A stretch of 64,000 nucleotides of DNA from an uncultured Gammaproteobacteria bacterium (GTDB lineage Bacteria; Pseudomonadota; Gammaproteobacteria; Arenicellales; JAANXG01): assembly GCA_947259395.1 (NCBI GenBank), contig CAMYMN010000015.1, forward strand, positions 8,915 to 72,914, given 5' to 3'. A model generated the notes under the pieces. The model was given only the letters and a program-made list of their open reading frames with translations, had not been told where the DNA came from and ran no database searches. Both the position numbers and the translations under genes were made by a program. Positions 59,962 to 64,000 of the stretch are shown in pieces. The number at the start of each line of letters is the position of its first letter. The stretch's first letter is position 1.

Positions 59962-62177
59962 TTCGCTCGTTATTCAGCACCTTATCTGTGGTGATTCTTT
60001 TGTTGGTGTTGGTGCTGGCGTTGCTGTTGCTGACGTCGGCGGCACAACATGCTGACATCTCCGGCGAATTCTATTCAACCTTACTCATGGTCAATGTATT
60101 GGGTATTGTTGTGTTGGCGGGGTTGATCACCGCCAATGTATGGCACCTGTATCGCCAGTTCAGGGCGCAAGCGCTGGGCTCGCGGTTGACGATGCGTTTG
60201 TTGGGAATGTTTGTTTTGTTGGCTGGCATTCCGTTGGCTGTTGTTTACTATTTCTCGGTTCAGTTTCTGAGCAAAGGTGTGGATAGTTGGTTTGACGTTC
60301 GCGTCGAGCAGGCGATCGGCGATGCCTTGTTACTGGGTCGTACTACCTTGGAAGTGCTCAAGCAAGATGTGGTTGACGACGTTTCAGAGGGAGCGGCAAG
60401 CGTAACTGAATCCTCGGGTTCATTGGAGATTATCCGGTTGCTCGACGAGTTGCGCGAACGCGGCGGATATTCCGAGGTCAGCCTGTATACGTTAACCGGT
60501 AGTATTGTTGCGTCTAGCAGCCAAGACCCTAAATCGTTGGTACCGGACACACCGGATGAACGCATGCTAACAAGGGTACAAAAGCGAGAGCCGTACGCCA
60601 GCCTGGAGCCGATATCCGAAAACGCGCAACAACTGCGTATCGTGGTGCCTGTTCTGCCAACCGAGGTCGGCAAACCAATTCGCGCGTTGCAAGCACTCAA
60701 ACCGCTGCCGCTACGGTATGCAAACCTGTCGGAGCGGATAGAATCGGCGTCAACCCAGTATAAGCAGATGGTCTTTTCACGGGGGCCTTTGAAGTTCAGC
60801 CTGATCCTTACCTTGACGTTGATTACCTTGGCCGCCTTGCTCCTGTCAGTATGGGCAGCGATATACATTTCCCGACTGGTTTCCGCGCCGCTACGTGACT
60901 TGGCTGAGGGTACGCGAGCGGTGGCACGGGGCAACTACAACAAAGAACTACCGGTGACCAGCAGCGACGAGTTTGGAGTACTGGTCAAGTCTTTCAACGA
61001 GATGACGCAACGGATCAACGAGGCGCAGAACACAGCGCGTCGGAGTCAACGTGAAGCGGAAGAACAACGTACGTATTTGGAGACCGTCTTGGCGCACCTG
61101 TCTTCCGGTGTGTTGTCGTTTGATACGAACCTGAATTTGCTGACGCAGAACACCACGGCGAGCCAGATTCTCGGAATCACATTCGCGGAAGATGATGATC
61201 GCTCGGTAACTGCCATCAAGAAAAAGTACCCGCGTTTCGAGTCTTTGTTTGCGGTGATCGATGACTCCATGAATAAAGGTCTGGAGGAATGGCAACATCC
61301 GGTCACGCTGTTCGGTACCCGCGGCCGTCAGGTATTAATAGTGCGGGGGACTAAACTGCCTGGGAAGCGAGGCGGGTACGTTGTAGTGTTTGATGATGTG
61401 ACCGACTTGATACAAGCGCAACGTGATGCGGCGTGGGGCGAAGTAGCAAGGAGGCTGGCACATGAGATCAAGAATCCGCTTACCCCGATTCAGTTGTCGG
61501 TGGAGCGCATCCGACAAAAGTACTCGAAGAAGTTGTCCGCCGAGGATTATGAGACCTTGGAGCGGGCAACGCGCACCATCGCGCAACAGGTCGAGTCCAT
61601 GAAGAACATGGTCAACGCCTTCTCAAACTATGCGCAGCCAGTGCAAATGAAGCTGAAGCCCGTTCGCTTGAACCAGCTCGTCCAGGATGTAACGGAACTG
61701 CATCGGCGTGCAGACAGTCCGATAAAGATGATCTTTGATTTGGACGAAGATCTTCCAGAATTGATGGCCGACAGCGATCGGCTTCGGCAGGTGCTGAATA
61801 ATCTTCTGATCAACGCCAAAGATGTGCTCGCACAAACATTACATCCGGAAATTCACATATCGACCCTGAGTGTTCGCGAAAGAGATGGTGCTTATATTCG
61901 GCTCACCGTCGCAGACAATGGACCCGGTGTCCCCAAGGACATCATGGAGCGATTGTTTGAACCTTATGTCAGCACCAAAGAAAAGGGAACCGGTTTAGGT
62001 CTGGCGATCGTGAAGCGTATCGTAGAGGAACATGGCGGGGCGTTGTGGGCGGAGAATCGGGGGGGTGGCGGGGCGTGCGTTACTATACAACTGCCACAAG
62101 TAATGCGGCGCGATAATGTCACCGACCCTCATCTTAGGATTAACCTCGCGTCCAAGGCTGAAGAGAAAATAGCGTGA
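59958..62177 (+). CDS. NtrY-like sensor histidine kinase (TM-HAMP-PAS-HisKA-HATPase)
   Basis: 739 aa. N-terminal TM segments. H-box HEIKNPLTPIQ, N-box NLLINAKD, G-boxes DNGPGV and GTGLGLAIV. Confidence 0.85.
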   Translation: MIRSLFSTLSVVILLLVLVLALLLLTSAAQHADISGEFYSTLLMVNVLGIVVLAGLITANVWHLYRQFRAQALGSRLTMRLLGMFVLLAGIPLAVVYYFSVQFLSKGVDSWFDVRVEQAIGDALLLGRTTLEVLKQDVVDDVSEGAASVTESSGSLEIIRLLDELRERGGYSEVSLYTLTGSIVASSSQDPKSLVPDTPDERMLTRVQKREPYASLEPISENAQQLRIVVPVLPTEVGKPIRALQALKPLPLRYANLSERIESASTQYKQMVFSRGPLKFSLILTLTLITLAALLLSVWAAIYISRLVSAPLRDLAEGTRAVARGNYNKELPVTSSDEFGVLVKSFNEMTQRINEAQNTARRSQREAEEQRTYLETVLAHLSSGVLSFDTNLNLLTQNTTASQILGITFAEDDDRSVTAIKKKYPRFESLFAVIDDSMNKGLEEWQHPVTLFGTRGRQVLIVRGTKLPGKRGGYVVVFDDVTDLIQAQRDAAWGEVARRLAHEIKNPLTPIQLSVERIRQKYSKKLSAEDYETLERATRTIAQQVESMKNMVNAFSNYAQPVQMKLKPVRLNQLVQDVTELHRRADSPIKMIFDLDEDLPELMADSDRLRQVLNNLLINAKDVLAQTLHPEIHISTLSVRERDGAYIRLTVADNGPGVPKDIMERLFEPYVSTKEKGTGLGLAIVKRIVEEHGGALWAENRGGGGACVTIQLPQVMRRDNVTDPHLRINLASKAEEKIA

Positions 62178-63544
62178 CCGGTCAGACAATTTTAGTTGTT
62201 GATGATGAGCCTGATATTCGCGAGATAGTCCGCGACATACTCGAGGATGAAGAGTATTCGGTGCTGACCGCAGACAGTGCAGAAGATGCGCGCCAGTTGC
62301 ACCAAAACCGCCATCCTGATTTGGTGTTGCTGGACATATGGATGCCAGGCACCGACGGCATTTCGCTGTTAAAGGAGTGGTCGCGTGTCCAAGATTTGGA
62401 TGTTCCGGTGATCATGATTTCGGGGCACGGTAATGTGGAAACCGCGGTGGAGGCGATCCGCTATGGGGCATACGATTTCCTTGAAAAACCGCTGTCCACG
62501 GCCAAGCTGCTGGTTACGGTCGAACGTGCCTTGCAGAACGACCGCCTGCGCAAGGAAAACGTGCGCTTGCGAGGCCGATTGGAGCCGGTGGCAACCCTGG
62601 TAGGCGACAGCGAGGTATTGCAGGCTCTGCGCGAACAGATGGCGAGAGTGGCGAGCACCGACAGTTGGGTTTTGATCACCGGTGAACCGGGCAGTGGCAA
62701 GGAAGTAGTGGCCAGGAGCCTGCACAATCAAAGTCCTCGCTGTGAGGCGGAATTCGTGCATGTCAGCTTGGCGGCGATTCCGACTCAAAGCATCCCGGTT
62801 CAGTTGTTCGGCACCGAAGAACATGGAATCACCTCGCCGGGGCGCTTCGAGCAGGCCAAGGGCGGCACATTGTTTCTGGACGAAGTTGGTGACCTGGACC
62901 TGGATACTCAAGCGAAGTTACTGAACGCCTTGGAAGAAAGTCGGTTCTTAAGAGTCGGAGGACAGCAGTATGTTGATGTCGATGTCCGCATCATTGCCGC
63001 AACCAATCAGGATTTGGAAAAAGCGGTGTCCGATGGCCGTTTCCGTGAAGATCTGTATTACCGTCTCAATGTGGTGCCGATACATGTGCCACCGTTACGC
63101 GAACATGTGGAAGATGTCCCACAACTCGTCGATTTCTATCTTGGGTGGATGGTGGAAAAGGAGCAGTTACCATATCGTCGCTTTGCCACTGATGCGCTTA
63201 ATATTCTGCGTAACTATCATTGGCCGGGTAATGTCCGTGAGTTGAAGAACCTAATTCAACGAGTACTGATTCTCAATCGTGGTGAGGAAGTTAAATCTGA
63301 TGAAATAGAGGCTGCGTTGAGCGACGCGGCAAGTGGTGCCGTCAAGCAGTTTCCAACGTCAGTGTTTGATATGGATCTCCGTGAAGCCAGAGAGCAGTTT
63401 GAAAAGTCTTATTTGGAATATCACCTGCAACGTGTAGGTGGTAATGTTAGCGATTTGGCGCAGTTCGCTGGTATGGAACGTACTCACTTGTACCGAAAGC
63501 TGAAGACGTTTGGCATCGACCCCAAGACCGTGAAAGGTGCCTGA
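62174..63544 (+). CDS. NtrX-like response regulator (REC-AAA+-Fis HTH) lacking the GAFTGA sigma-54 contact motif
   Basis: REC domain (DLVLLDIWMPGTDG). Walker A GEPGSGKE. The position of GAFTGA reads LFGTEEHGITSPGR. C-terminal HTH SDLAQFAGMERTHLYRKLK. GTGA overlap with the kinase gene. Confidence 0.85.
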   Translation: MTGQTILVVDDEPDIREIVRDILEDEEYSVLTADSAEDARQLHQNRHPDLVLLDIWMPGTDGISLLKEWSRVQDLDVPVIMISGHGNVETAVEAIRYGAYDFLEKPLSTAKLLVTVERALQNDRLRKENVRLRGRLEPVATLVGDSEVLQALREQMARVASTDSWVLITGEPGSGKEVVARSLHNQSPRCEAEFVHVSLAAIPTQSIPVQLFGTEEHGITSPGRFEQAKGGTLFLDEVGDLDLDTQAKLLNALEESRFLRVGGQQYVDVDVRIIAATNQDLEKAVSDGRFREDLYYRLNVVPIHVPPLREHVEDVPQLVDFYLGWMVEKEQLPYRRFATDALNILRNYHWPGNVRELKNLIQRVLILNRGEEVKSDEIEAALSDAASGAVKQFPTSVFDMDLREAREQFEKSYLEYHLQRVGGNVSDLAQFAGMERTHLYRKLKTFGIDPKTVKGA

Positions 63545-63592
63545 CGGCGGGCACAGAATTTATAACAACGACTCGGTTCACTAATTGAGGTT

Positions 63593-64000
63593 ATGAAGAT
63601 CGTAATTCTTGGAGCTGGCCAGGTGGGCGCGTCCAGTGCCGAGATCCTGGCCAGCGAGGCCAATGACATTACGCTTGTTGATCTCGATGATCGGTACCTG
63701 CGGAAATTGCAGGATCGTATGGATATTCGCACCGTCGTTGGAAATGCAGCATCTCCAACAGTACTCGAGGAGGCCGGTACCGAGGATGCCGAGTTGTTGT
63801 TAGCGGTAACCAATAGTGATGAGACCAACATGGTAGCGTGTCAGGTCGCTGCCTGTAAGTTCGCCACACCGACAAAGATTGCAAGAATCCGCACTAATGA
63901 CTATCTCCGTTGCGAGGAGCTATTTGGTCCCGACGGTTTGCCGATCGATGTCATCATCAGTCCGGAGGAGGTGGTCACCGAACATATTCTGCGTTTGATC
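63593..64000 (+). CDS. trkA: Trk potassium uptake system NAD-binding protein TrkA, N-terminal part (runs off window end)
   Basis: Not in the ORF track (no stop in window). Manual translation from ATG 63593 (SD GAGG upstream) gives MKIVILGAGQVGASSAEILASEANDITLVDLD ... AVTNSDETNMVACQVA. Confidence 0.9.
   Translation, partial: MKIVILGAGQVGASSAEILASEANDITLVDLDDRYLRKLQDRMDIRTVVGNAASPTVLEEAGTEDAELLLAVTNSDETNMVACQVAACKFATPTKIARIRTNDYLRCEELFGPDGLPIDVIISPEEVVTEHILRLI

Overview
Chromosomal segment of a moderately GC-rich, gammaproteobacterium-like genome. The gene order matches well-known gammaproteobacterial synteny: ponA | pilMNOPQ-aroK-aroB-gltBD-hemE, and topA-smg-dprA-tsaP-like | def-fmt-rsmB ... 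trkA. About 57 protein-coding genes are supported. I recognised no rRNA, tRNA, CRISPR array, transposase, integrase or phage gene. The left part (1-29 kb) is accessory metabolism and transport. It holds a Tat-exported two-subunit molybdo-hydroxylase, several exported hydrolases, and an LtnD-OtnK-OtnC (threonate/erythronate-type) cluster. It also holds a plant SEX4/LSF2-like dual-specificity phosphatase translationally coupled to a NodIJ/YadGH-like ABC-2 exporter and sfsA, then Lon, TctCBA with PrpD-family and enolase-superfamily enzymes, LOG, DUF123, CBS and DoxX. The right part (29-64 kb) is core genome: putA, hemE, pyrF, gltDB, aroBK, the type IV pilus genes, PBP1A, topA, and the def-fmt-rsmB block with a DUF4390/NtrY-like/NtrX-like module. 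The most unusual non-genic signal is a family of nearly identical dyad-symmetric cassettes with arm GGAGACATTCTAC. On the coding strand each reads GGACA-N18-TAGAAT, about 30 nt upstream of four start codons between 3.0 and 4.8 kb. A fourth, longer copy acts as a probable bidirectional terminator at 8.05 kb. No regulator gene lies nearby. Other points worth a second look are the SEX4-like phosphatase/ABC-2/sfsA operon, an aberrant 80-aa tail replacing the conserved C-terminus of GltD, an orphan TTT/PrpD/enolase catabolic cluster, and a bacterial DUF123 GIY-YIG protein. No single clear novel system such as a defence island is evident, and all functional calls come from motif recognition by eye, not database searches.
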